This document shows positions 49,534-58,279 of a stretch of DNA of 64,000 nt, piece after piece. Under the pieces are notes generated by a model. The model was not told the origin of the DNA. It saw nothing but the letters and a program-made list of their open reading frames with translations, and made no database searches. Origin of the DNA: Candidatus Hydrogenedentota bacterium (GTDB taxonomy: Bacteria > Hydrogenedentota > Hydrogenedentia > Hydrogenedentales > CAITNO01); contig CAITNO010000061.1 of the NCBI GenBank assembly GCA_903893795.1, positions 640 through 64,639 of the forward strand. Direction: 5' to 3'. Every line of letters begins with the position of its first letter. The first letter of the stretch is position 1. The position numbers were made by a program, and so were the translations under genes.

Positions 49534-52032
49534 ATGGACGCCATCATGCCCGTCCCACGCATTGTCACAGTCTTTTTTATAGCGCCCCTTGTGTGCTGTA
49601 TATTTTCCGCTTTTGGCCAGTCTCCGGACCCCTCGGCTCCGCCGCTGGAGGCGGCCAAGCCTGCCGTTGCCGCGCCAGATTCGGCGGCGGCTGCGTCCGC
49701 TCCCGGGCAGGATCAGCTTGATTTTGCGAACGGTCTCTTTGGGCGGGGCTTCTTCGGCGAAGCTCTGGAGGAATACGAAACCTATCTGTCCAAATATCCG
49801 TCCGGAAACGAGGCGGGCACGGCGTGGTTCCGTCTGGGTCAGGCGGCTTATGCGACAGAGAAATACGACAAGGCATTGCCCGCCTTTGAAAAGGCGGCGG
49901 CCGCCGCGGAAGACCCCACGACAAAAGTGCAGGCCCAATTGGGGCGCGGCGAGTCGCTGTATTTCCTCAAACGCCCCGCCGAGGCTGTGGAAGTGCTGAA
50001 GCCGCTTGCGGCGGACGGTCAGGCCGCCGAGGCGCGCTGCCGTGCCCTGTACTACCTGGGCAGATCCCAGCAGGACCTCGGCAGCCTCGACGCGGCGGCA
50101 CAGGAGTTTGCGAAACTCAGCGATGTGTGCCCCGACCATGCGCTGGCACCCTACGCGCAATACCAACTCGCCAATGTGAGTCTTGCCAAGAATCTGCTGG
50201 AAGACGCCGCAGTGGCCTTCTCCAAGGTCGCGAGTGACGCCAAGGCTGAGGAAACCCTGCGCATGGAAAGCCGTTTCAGGACGGCCGAAATCTATGACAA
50301 GATAGGCTGGGCAAGTGCCGCCGTGGGCGCCTATGAGCAGTTGAAGAAAGACTTTCCCGATTCCGACTACGCCAAGCGGGCTGACTACGGCTATTCGTGG
50401 GCGCTGTACAATGCGGGCAAGTACCCCGAGGCGGCTGCAGCCGCGCAGAAATTCCTTGGGGCCAATTCGGACGCGGCCCTGCTTCCCGGCATGAAGTACC
50501 TGCTGGCCAACTGCCTGCAGGAGCAGAAGAAATACGACGAAGCGCTGGCGGTCTATCAGGAGATTGTGGACAAGTTCCCCGAGGCGACCTTCGCCCAGCA
50601 GGCGCGTTACAAGAAAGCCTGGTCACTTTATCTCAAGGGCGATTTGGCTGCCGCCAAGGCGCAGGCGCTGGACTTCCTGCAGAAGTTCCAGGACTCTCCC
50701 CAGGCGGGCGAGGTGGGCTTCTTGCTGGGGTCGATTCTCGTGGCCGAGGGCAACTACGAGGATGCGCGGGAGGAATTCCGGCTGGTTGCCGAGAAGTATT
50801 CCGACAGCACCTTCGGGCCGGAGGCGCTCTTCAAGTCCGCCGAATGCCTGGCCCAGTTGGGCATGCGTGACGAGTCTGCGAAAGTCTACGAGGAATTCGC
50901 CAAGAAATACCCAGACAATCCGCTGACCGAGCAGGCCATTCTCCGTGCCGGGGATGCCCAGTTCAGCGCGCAGGATTTTGCGCAGGCGGTGGCGAAGTAT
51001 GAGGCGATTCTCTCCAAGCAATTGGAACCGGCCGTGGAGGAGGACACCCTGTACCGCCTTGCCGTCACCTGCCACAACATGAAAGACCGCGCCAAAAGTG
51101 CGGAAACTTTTCAGAAGCTTGTGGCGAAATTTCCCCAGAGCAAATATGTGGCGGAGGCCCATTTCCGTATCGCCGAGTTCCAATTGCGCGAGCAGAAAGA
51201 CGCGCTGAAGGCGGTCGAAGAGTATCAGGCCGCCTTGGACGCCAAACCCGATGCGGAACTCGCCGGACGCACCACGCTGGGTCTTGCGCTGGCACGCTAC
51301 GAGCGCAAGGACTACGACCAGGCCGCCGACCTTTTCCTGAAGATTGTGACCGACTTCCCGAAGTCGTCCCTTCCGGAAGAGGTGTACACCTGGTGCGGGC
51401 AGTGGTTCTTCGACGCCAAGCAGTGGGACAAGGCTTCCAAATTGTTCGAAGCCATGCTTGCCGGCCTTCCCGGTTATCCCTATCCGGACAAGGTGCGCTT
51501 CAAGATTGCCGAGTGCAGCGAGTCGGCGGGCAACGCCGACGAGGCCCTCAAGAAATACCAGGCGGTGATTGACGCGACGCCGGGCGGCGCGAAATCCATC
51601 GAGGCGCGCTACCGCATGGGTGCGCTGCTGGAGGCCAAGAACGAGCCCGACAAGGCCATCGCGCTGTACGAGGCTGCCTCCGAGTCAAACACGGGCGACA
51701 CGGCCGCGCAGGCGCGCTTCCGCCTGGGCGAGCTTTATGAGAAGCGCGGCGAGTTTGAGCGGGCTGCAAGAAACTACATGCGTGTCGCCATTCTTTTCCT
51801 GCATGAGACGTTGTCGCCGGAATCATTGTGGCGTGCAGGGCAGTGCTTTGAGAAGGTGAACGGGGCCAGCCAGGCCAAGGGCGCTTATGAGGAACTGGTG
51901 AAGGACTATCCGAAGGCCGAGCAGGCAGCCAAGGCCGCCGAGGCGCTTGCGCGGCTTGGTGCCGCACCTGCCGCACCTGCAGCACCTGCAGCGAAGGCAC
52001 CGCCTGTGCCACCCGCAGCGGGAGGCGGATGA
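49534..52032 (+). CDS. Large tetratricopeptide-repeat (TPR) protein with Pro/Ala-rich C-terminus
   Basis: Signal/TM at the N-terminus. More than 15 recurring 34-aa-like A..(F/Y)..G......(Y/F).(E/K)A...(F/Y)... units. C-terminus AAPAAPAAPAAKAPPVPPAAGGG. Confidence 0.8.
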   Translation: MDAIMPVPRIVTVFFIAPLVCCIFSAFGQSPDPSAPPLEAAKPAVAAPDSAAAASAPGQDQLDFANGLFGRGFFGEALEEYETYLSKYPSGNEAGTAWFRLGQAAYATEKYDKALPAFEKAAAAAEDPTTKVQAQLGRGESLYFLKRPAEAVEVLKPLAADGQAAEARCRALYYLGRSQQDLGSLDAAAQEFAKLSDVCPDHALAPYAQYQLANVSLAKNLLEDAAVAFSKVASDAKAEETLRMESRFRTAEIYDKIGWASAAVGAYEQLKKDFPDSDYAKRADYGYSWALYNAGKYPEAAAAAQKFLGANSDAALLPGMKYLLANCLQEQKKYDEALAVYQEIVDKFPEATFAQQARYKKAWSLYLKGDLAAAKAQALDFLQKFQDSPQAGEVGFLLGSILVAEGNYEDAREEFRLVAEKYSDSTFGPEALFKSAECLAQLGMRDESAKVYEEFAKKYPDNPLTEQAILRAGDAQFSAQDFAQAVAKYEAILSKQLEPAVEEDTLYRLAVTCHNMKDRAKSAETFQKLVAKFPQSKYVAEAHFRIAEFQLREQKDALKAVEEYQAALDAKPDAELAGRTTLGLALARYERKDYDQAADLFLKIVTDFPKSSLPEEVYTWCGQWFFDAKQWDKASKLFEAMLAGLPGYPYPDKVRFKIAECSESAGNADEALKKYQAVIDATPGGAKSIEARYRMGALLEAKNEPDKAIALYEAASESNTGDTAAQARFRLGELYEKRGEFERAARNYMRVAILFLHETLSPESLWRAGQCFEKVNGASQAKGAYEELVKDYPKAEQAAKAAEALARLGAAPAAPAAPAAKAPPVPPAAGGG

Positions 52033-52033
52033 C

Positions 52034-53882
52034 ATGCTCAGCCGCCGCAGTCTGATGATGCTGTCGTTTTTCGTCTCGGGGGTGCTCTATGTGTGCTTCC
52101 TGATGGCCGCCCCGCACATCATGCTGCTCAATGCCGATACGGTAAAGCCGAAGGCGGTCCAGCCCTTTCATGTGGAATTAAAGACCATTCCCGTCCGGCC
52201 CGAGGAGGCGGCAAAGGAGCCCGAAAAGGAGGCAGAGGGAGCGAAGGCGGAGGACGCGTCGCAGGGCGCGCCCCAGGGACAGCCGCAGTCGGGCAAGGGT
52301 TCCGACTTGGCGTCGCGGCCCGGTTCCATGGCGGAGCTGCTGACACGCCCCGATGACCAGTCGATGGGTGCCCAGGCTTTTCAGGTGGCCAGCGCCGAAA
52401 TTCCGAACGTCGCCGACCGGGTATCCACCGAGGCCGTTCCGCGCGAGCATGACCTTTCCTACAGCGAGACGGGCGCAAAACATGCCGATGCAAAGATTAT
52501 CGAAATTGCAAGGGACACGGCCCGGCTCGACATCAACGTGCCCCGACGCTTTGTTCGTCCCAGTCCGGACCGCATCGTTGAACCCAACACCTTTCCGACC
52601 CTGCGCAGCGAAGCGCTGGAGCCGGGCCAGATACCGATGGAGATCGACCGGCGCGGCATCAGTCTGATCGGACAACCCATCAGCATGCCGGGACCATCGG
52701 TCGGGGCCGGTCCCGCCGCTCCGGCGAGTCTTGTCGCCTCCACACCCGCACCGGAAGCGCCGCCCATGCCCAAGGAAGTGGTGAAGGCCCTGGAAAGGCC
52801 CGCGGCAGAGGCTCCCCTGCAGAAGGAGATCAAGGCGGTGCGCGCCGAAAGCGATTTCGCCTTTCTGGACGACCTGGTTGATATCAAGATCAACACCTTT
52901 CGCGCGGCGGGAGAGAAGCAGGGTTTTTTCGAGTTGAGCATTCAGCCGAAAGAGAGCGGCAAGATAGAGGTTCTTCCCAAGGATATCACCTTTGTCATCG
53001 ATGCCTCGCGGAGCATGCTTCAACGCAAACTCGAACTCGCGGCGAAGGGCGTGGTCGAGATGATCAAGCGCCTGCGCCCGGAAGACCACTTCAATGTGGT
53101 CGTGTTTCGCGACACCCCCGTCCTTCCTGCAGCCGGGCCGGGTGTCCGCCACCGACGCCAACAAGGTCGCCGCCGCCGCTTTCTTGAAAGGGATCGAGTC
53201 AAAAGGTCAGACGGACGTGTACAACGCGCTTCGGCCGGTATTGGCACAGAAGCCCCGGGCGGGCATACCCGGTCTTATCGTCCTCATTTCTGATGGCCGG
53301 CCCACGACGGGGATGCAGGACAGCCGCGAGGTGATCAACGCCGTGACGGCGGAGAACAGCCTGCACAACAGCGTTTTCGCTTTCGGCGCGGGAAACACGG
53401 TGAACCGCTATCTGCTGGACTTTATCGCCTACCGCAACATAGGGCGTTCCTGCATCCTTCCCAATATGGAGGACACGACGGCCAAACTGCCCGCGTTCTT
53501 TGATGAATTCAGCGACCCCTTGCTGACCGATATCAAGGCGGACTACGGGCGCATCGACCATGATGAAATCTTCCCGCGGTCCATACCAAACTTCTACCGC
53601 AAGGGGGCGGTGAAGGTTTACGGGCGTTTCGACCCGGAAAAGGACAAACAGTTTGTCATGCGCCTTACCGGCCGTGCGGGAAGCAAGGAAAAGGAACTTA
53701 TATTCAGGGCGAAGCTGGGGGACGCCGGACAGGCCACAGGGGCTATCGCCTCGGATTGGGCCTTTGCCAAGGCCTACTATATCATCGGCGAGATTTCCCG
53801 GCAGGGAGAGACGCCTGGGCTTATTGGAGAGCTGAAAGAGCTTTCCGCAAAGTACAACATCCGCACGATCTACAATCAGTAG
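52034..53882 (+). pseudogene. Membrane-anchored von Willebrand factor A (VWA) domain protein, reading frame broken near 53111-53121
   Basis: Upstream frame: ...DITFVIDASRSML...HFNVVVFRDTP. Downstream frame (+1): SFLQPGRVSATDANKVAAAAFLKGIESKGQTDVYNAL...VLISDGRPT. Together these form one VWA/MIDAS domain (DxSxS ... GQTD ... SDG). The break sits at a C5 run (53115-53119). Confidence 0.65.
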
Positions 53883-53902
53883 CACCGGCGGGAAAGGTGC
53901 CT

Positions 53903-55579
53903 GTGAGCCATTTAGTATCTGCCAAAGCCTCCGCGTGGATGGAGCGCCTGCGGGAGGACGCGCCACCCGACCCGGCCCTGGCCCAGGTGTATGGCAAAGA
54001 CCCGGACACCCTCCGAGAACGGAAGGCGCTCTGGATGCGCACCCTGCGGCGTTTCGTCGAGCGCTTTGGCGACCAATCCGTGCGCCTTTTTCGGTCCCCG
54101 GGCCGGATCAATCTTCGGGGGATGCACATCGACACCCACGGCGGGTATCTGAACCTGATGACCCATCAGCGCGAGACCGTGGTGGTTGCGGCGCCGTCGG
54201 CCGGGTCATTGTCCGTCTTTGCAAACATAGAGCCCTGCTACGCCGATGTGCTTTTCGATTTTCGTTCCGAGCACGCCGGGACGGAGCAGACGTGGAATTC
54301 CTTTATCAGCCGCCCCTGGGTTCAGGACCGCATCAAATCACGGCGCGCTGCGGGGATGGACTGGGCCAACTACGCAATCGGGGCGAGTCTTGCTGCCGTC
54401 GCCGAACGGGGCGACCGGGTACGCGGCATCGCCGCCGCAGTGGGCAGCGACCTGCCGCGCGGTGCGGCGCTGAGTTCTTCGGCCGCGCTGTGCGTGGCGG
54501 TGCTGCACGCCGTCGGCGCCATCAATGGCGTTGAACCCGATGCGGAGCGCTTGATTCGCGCGGAGCAGGATGCCGAGTGGTATGCCGGTGCCCGCGTGGG
54601 CATGAGCGACCAGGGGGCAATGGTCCTGGGACGGCGCGGTAAGCTGCTCAACATAGCCCTCTTCGCCGAAGACTTCTCGCTCAATGGGGCGGCCTATGTT
54701 GACATGCCGCCGGATGGGGTCGTTCTTGTTGCCAATTCACACACGAAGCGAAGCTTGAGTGGAAGCCAGTTGGTGGAGTATACCCGCAACAGGTTTGCCT
54801 ATTCGGTCGCCATGCACGTGGTCCGGAAAGTGGCGGAGGAACTGGGGATGGCCCCTGAACTGTCCGCAAGACTCGACCGGCTTTCGCGCCTTACCCCGGA
54901 GCATCTGGGGGGGCGCGAGGCGCTCTTCGACATGTTGAAGCAAATACCGGAAGAGCTGTCCCTCGAAGAGATGCGGACGCGCTACGCACCGCCCGATTTT
55001 GACGGGACCTATGAACGGTATTTTGGCGCCGTGCCGGAGGAACAGCGCCCGACCCGAATCCGCCTGCGCGGTCCCCTGGCCTTTGGCATGGCCGAATCGG
55101 AACGGGCCCGGCGCTTTGCCGAATTGGCGGCGCAGGGTGATCTCGCTGGCATGGGGAAAGTTATGACGGTGGGTCACGACGGCGACCGGCTTCTGTTCCC
55201 GGACGGGAGCCGATACGCCTGTGATCTTTCAGACCGGGCACTTGACGAAATGCAGCGTTCGGGGATGGACCTGGCTTTCTGTCCAGGGGCCTATGGCGCG
55301 AGCAGTCCCGTGCTGGACCTGCTGGTGGACCGGGCCTTGTCGGCCGGGGCGCTGGGGGCCTGCCTTACGGGGGCTGGCATCGCAGGCGCGGTCTTGGCCC
55401 TGTGCAGGCGTTCTGATTCGGAACGTGTTGCGCAGGTATTGCGGGAATGTCTTGGTTCCGAAGAGTATAGAAACAGGGGCGGAAGGACGGAGCCGCTGAC
55501 GGAAGCGGAACTGCGGGAGGTGGTGGTGGAGAACGACTCGCCTGCTGGTGCGGGGGAGTTGAGGCCAATTGCCGAGTGA
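53903..55579 (+). CDS. GHMP-kinase-family protein, galactokinase-like (long form)
   Basis: RSPGRINLRGMHIDTHGGY (galactokinase signature GR.NL.GEH.DY.GG), GSDLPRGAALSSSAALCVA (GHMP motif II), CLTGAGIAGAVLAL (motif III). GTG 53903 chosen because the ORF track start overlaps the VWA gene. Confidence 0.75.
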   Translation: MSHLVSAKASAWMERLREDAPPDPALAQVYGKDPDTLRERKALWMRTLRRFVERFGDQSVRLFRSPGRINLRGMHIDTHGGYLNLMTHQRETVVVAAPSAGSLSVFANIEPCYADVLFDFRSEHAGTEQTWNSFISRPWVQDRIKSRRAAGMDWANYAIGASLAAVAERGDRVRGIAAAVGSDLPRGAALSSSAALCVAVLHAVGAINGVEPDAERLIRAEQDAEWYAGARVGMSDQGAMVLGRRGKLLNIALFAEDFSLNGAAYVDMPPDGVVLVANSHTKRSLSGSQLVEYTRNRFAYSVAMHVVRKVAEELGMAPELSARLDRLSRLTPEHLGGREALFDMLKQIPEELSLEEMRTRYAPPDFDGTYERYFGAVPEEQRPTRIRLRGPLAFGMAESERARRFAELAAQGDLAGMGKVMTVGHDGDRLLFPDGSRYACDLSDRALDEMQRSGMDLAFCPGAYGASSPVLDLLVDRALSAGALGACLTGAGIAGAVLALCRRSDSERVAQVLRECLGSEEYRNRGGRTEPLTEAELREVVVENDSPAGAGELRPIAE

Positions 55580-55618
55580 GAATCGCGAACTGCGAATTAC
55601 AACCTATGGGGAACGGAC

Positions 55619-57010
55619 ATGAAAATCAGCGTGGTTGGGGCGGCGGGCGGTGAGGTTACCGGTTCGGCCTATGTGGTTGATACCGGCAATGCGCGGGTGC
55701 TCGTGGACTGCGGCAGCTTTCAGGGAGGCCGCGCGGCGGAGGCCAGGAACCGCGCAACCATTGCGCCGGGGCAGCATCTGGACGCGGTGCTGGTGACCCA
55801 CGCCCACCTGGACCACACGGGGCGGTTGCCCATGCTGGTTAAGTCGGGATACAAGGGGGCGGTGTACACAACGCCTGCGACCATGGAACTGACGGCGCTG
55901 ATTCTGCGGGACTCGGCAAAGATTCAGGCCCAGGACATGGAACGGCAGAACCGAAAGCGCCAGCGCGCGGGCATGAAGTGGGAGGAGGCGCTGTACAGGC
56001 CGGACGATGCCGAGGCGATTATCAAGAAGTTCGTCGCGGTGCCGTACCAGAAAGAAATCACGGTCGCCCCCGGCGTGGAGGCCTGTTTCGCCGAAGCGGG
56101 GCATTTGCTCGGTTCGGCCAGCATCCAGCTTACGGTGAACGAGAACGGAAAACGGAGGAGTGTGGTCTTCTCAGGCGATTTGGGGCCGAAAGGCGCGCCG
56201 ATTCTGCGGGATTATGAACCCTTCCACAGCGCCGACATGGTCTTCGAAGAATCCACCTACGGGGACCGCGACCACAAACCGTTCAAGGAGACCGTCCAAG
56301 AGTTCGAGGGGATTGTGGTTGACGCGGTGAGGCAGGGGGGGCGCATCCTGATGCCCACCTTCGCGGTGGGCCGTGCCCAGGTGATGACGATGCTGTTGGG
56401 GTGGATGTTCAGAAACAAACGGGTGAAGCCCTTTCCCATCTTCCTGGACAGTCCCATGGCCATTGAGGCGGGGAAGATCACCATGCGCCATCCCGAACTG
56501 TTTGACGACGAGATGAAGGAGTACATGCGCGACGGCGCGGACAAGGTCAATTTGCGGACGCTCAAGACCACGGCAACGGTGGACGAGTCCAAGGCGATCA
56601 ACAACTGTGAAGGACCCTGCCTCATCATGGCGGGCGCGGGCATGTGCAACGCCGGGCGCATCCTGCACCACCTCAAGCACAGCCTCTGGCGCGGGGGCAC
56701 GCATGTGGTGATTGTGGGCTATCAGGCCGGGGGCACGCTGGGCCGGCAACTGGTGGATGGGGCAAAACAGGTGTCCATACACGGCGAGCGCATCATGGTG
56801 AACGCGCAGGTGCACACCCTCGGCGGATTCAGCGCCCACGCGGGACAGAAAGACCTGCTGGCATGGTTTGACGTGGTCGCCCCGAGCAAGCCCAGGCTGG
56901 TTATCACGCACGGGGAAACGTCAGCGCGCGAAGCGCTGGCCGCAAAGATTCTGGAGCAGTACGGGGTGCGGGCCGAATTGCCCGACGCGGGCGGCGAGAT
57001 TGTGCTGTGA
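55619..57010 (+). CDS. MBL-fold beta-CASP-family hydrolase (RNA-metabolising, CPSF/RNase J-like)
   Basis: VLVDCGSFQG, VLVTHAHLDHTGRLP (HxHxDH). The ~460-aa length and C-terminal ...GFSAHAG.. (motif C His) are typical of beta-CASP proteins. Confidence 0.8.
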   Translation: MKISVVGAAGGEVTGSAYVVDTGNARVLVDCGSFQGGRAAEARNRATIAPGQHLDAVLVTHAHLDHTGRLPMLVKSGYKGAVYTTPATMELTALILRDSAKIQAQDMERQNRKRQRAGMKWEEALYRPDDAEAIIKKFVAVPYQKEITVAPGVEACFAEAGHLLGSASIQLTVNENGKRRSVVFSGDLGPKGAPILRDYEPFHSADMVFEESTYGDRDHKPFKETVQEFEGIVVDAVRQGGRILMPTFAVGRAQVMTMLLGWMFRNKRVKPFPIFLDSPMAIEAGKITMRHPELFDDEMKEYMRDGADKVNLRTLKTTATVDESKAINNCEGPCLIMAGAGMCNAGRILHHLKHSLWRGGTHVVIVGYQAGGTLGRQLVDGAKQVSIHGERIMVNAQVHTLGGFSAHAGQKDLLAWFDVVAPSKPRLVITHGETSAREALAAKILEQYGVRAELPDAGGEIVL

Positions 57011-57067
57011 CAAGAAATGGGACCGATCAGACCAATACGACCTATGGGTCCCGGGTGAGGGAGGCGT

Positions 57068-58177
57068 TTAGCTAAGCGACGCCACGTGATCGCGCAGAGC
57101 CGTGACCACTTCGTCCTGCTGGAATTGGGTGAGTTCGGGATAAATGGGCAGCGCCAGCACTTCCTGCGCGGCGCGGTCGGCCTCGGGGCAGTCGGCCGCG
57201 GGGTCAAGTCCGGCAAAGCACTCCTGGCGATGCAGCGGCAGGGGATAGAACACGCCGCATCCAATGCCGCGCTCCGCAAAAAGTTTCTTGCAGGCGTCCC
57301 GTTCCCGAACACGAATGACATATTGATGGTAGACGTGCACGCACTCTGGGCTTTCGGTGGGCACCGTGACGCCTGGCAGCCCTGCAAGGGCCTGGGTGTA
57401 GTAATGGGCGCGCTCGCGGCGGGCCGCGTTCCACGCCTCAAGATGGCGCAGTTTCACGTTCAGCACGGCGGCCTGCAGCGCGTGCAAATGGCTGTTGGTG
57501 CCGACGATCTGGTGCACATAGGTGGCGCTGGCCCCGTGGCAGCGCAGCATGCGCAGCTTTGCGGCCACCCTATCGTCGGAACTGAGAACCATGCCGCCCT
57601 CGCCGGCCGCCCCAAGGTTCTTGGTGGGATAGAAACTGAAGGCCGCCATCAGCCCCATGGAACCTGCCGCCTGGCCCTTGTACCGGGCGCCGATGGCCTG
57701 CGCCGCGTCCTCGATAATGGGGAGTCCATGCTGTCGGGCAATGTCGCGCAAAGCATCCATGTCCGCGCATTGCCCGTAGAGGTGCACCGGCATGAGCGCG
57801 CGGGTGCGGCCGGTGATGCGGGCTGCAGCGGAGTGCGGGTCAATGGTGTAGGTGACAGGGTCAATATCGGCGAATATGGGCGTGCCGCCCGCGTTGACGA
57901 TGGCGCCGGCCGTGGCGAAGAAGGTGAAGGGCGAGGTGATGATCTCGTCGCCCGGTTGCAAGTCGAGGACCTTGAGGGCCAGATAGAGCGCGTCCGTGCC
58001 GGAGGCCACGCCGATGGCGTGGGGCACACCAACATATTCCGCCACGGCGGCCTCGAAGGCGTCCGAATGAGGGCCGCCGCGAAACTGCTGTGCGGCGAAC
58101 ACATCGGCGACAACGGCGTCTATTTCATCCTTGATGGAGGCGTACTGCGCCTTGAGGTCCAGCATGGGCACGGGCAT
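57068..58177 (-). CDS. DegT/DnrJ/EryC1/StrS-family PLP-dependent sugar aminotransferase
   Basis: PMLDLKAQY..., GVASGTDALYLAL, FSFYPTKNLGA (PLP-lysine context). Confidence 0.88.
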   Translation of the reverse strand: MPVPMLDLKAQYASIKDEIDAVVADVFAAQQFRGGPHSDAFEAAVAEYVGVPHAIGVASGTDALYLALKVLDLQPGDEIITSPFTFFATAGAIVNAGGTPIFADIDPVTYTIDPHSAAARITGRTRALMPVHLYGQCADMDALRDIARQHGLPIIEDAAQAIGARYKGQAAGSMGLMAAFSFYPTKNLGAAGEGGMVLSSDDRVAAKLRMLRCHGASATYVHQIVGTNSHLHALQAAVLNVKLRHLEAWNAARRERAHYYTQALAGLPGVTVPTESPECVHVYHQYVIRVRERDACKKLFAERGIGCGVFYPLPLHRQECFAGLDPAADCPEADRAAQEVLALPIYPELTQFQQDEVVTALRDHVASLS

Positions 58178-58279
58178 GGGTATGATTCCTGAAAGAAACG
58201 GCCCGGTACCGCACCGGGCCGTGAAATGGAAGAATAGCAGAAAGAATCGGGAATTACGAAATGAAAGTCCTAAGGTGTA

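Noticed and set aside
53105-53125. Programmed +1 ribosomal frameshift in the VWA gene.
   Set aside because: I see no recognisable slippery or stall context beyond a C5 run, and no known precedent for this family. A sequencing error or a pseudogene is more parsimonious. The site is kept as a finding to be checked against reads.
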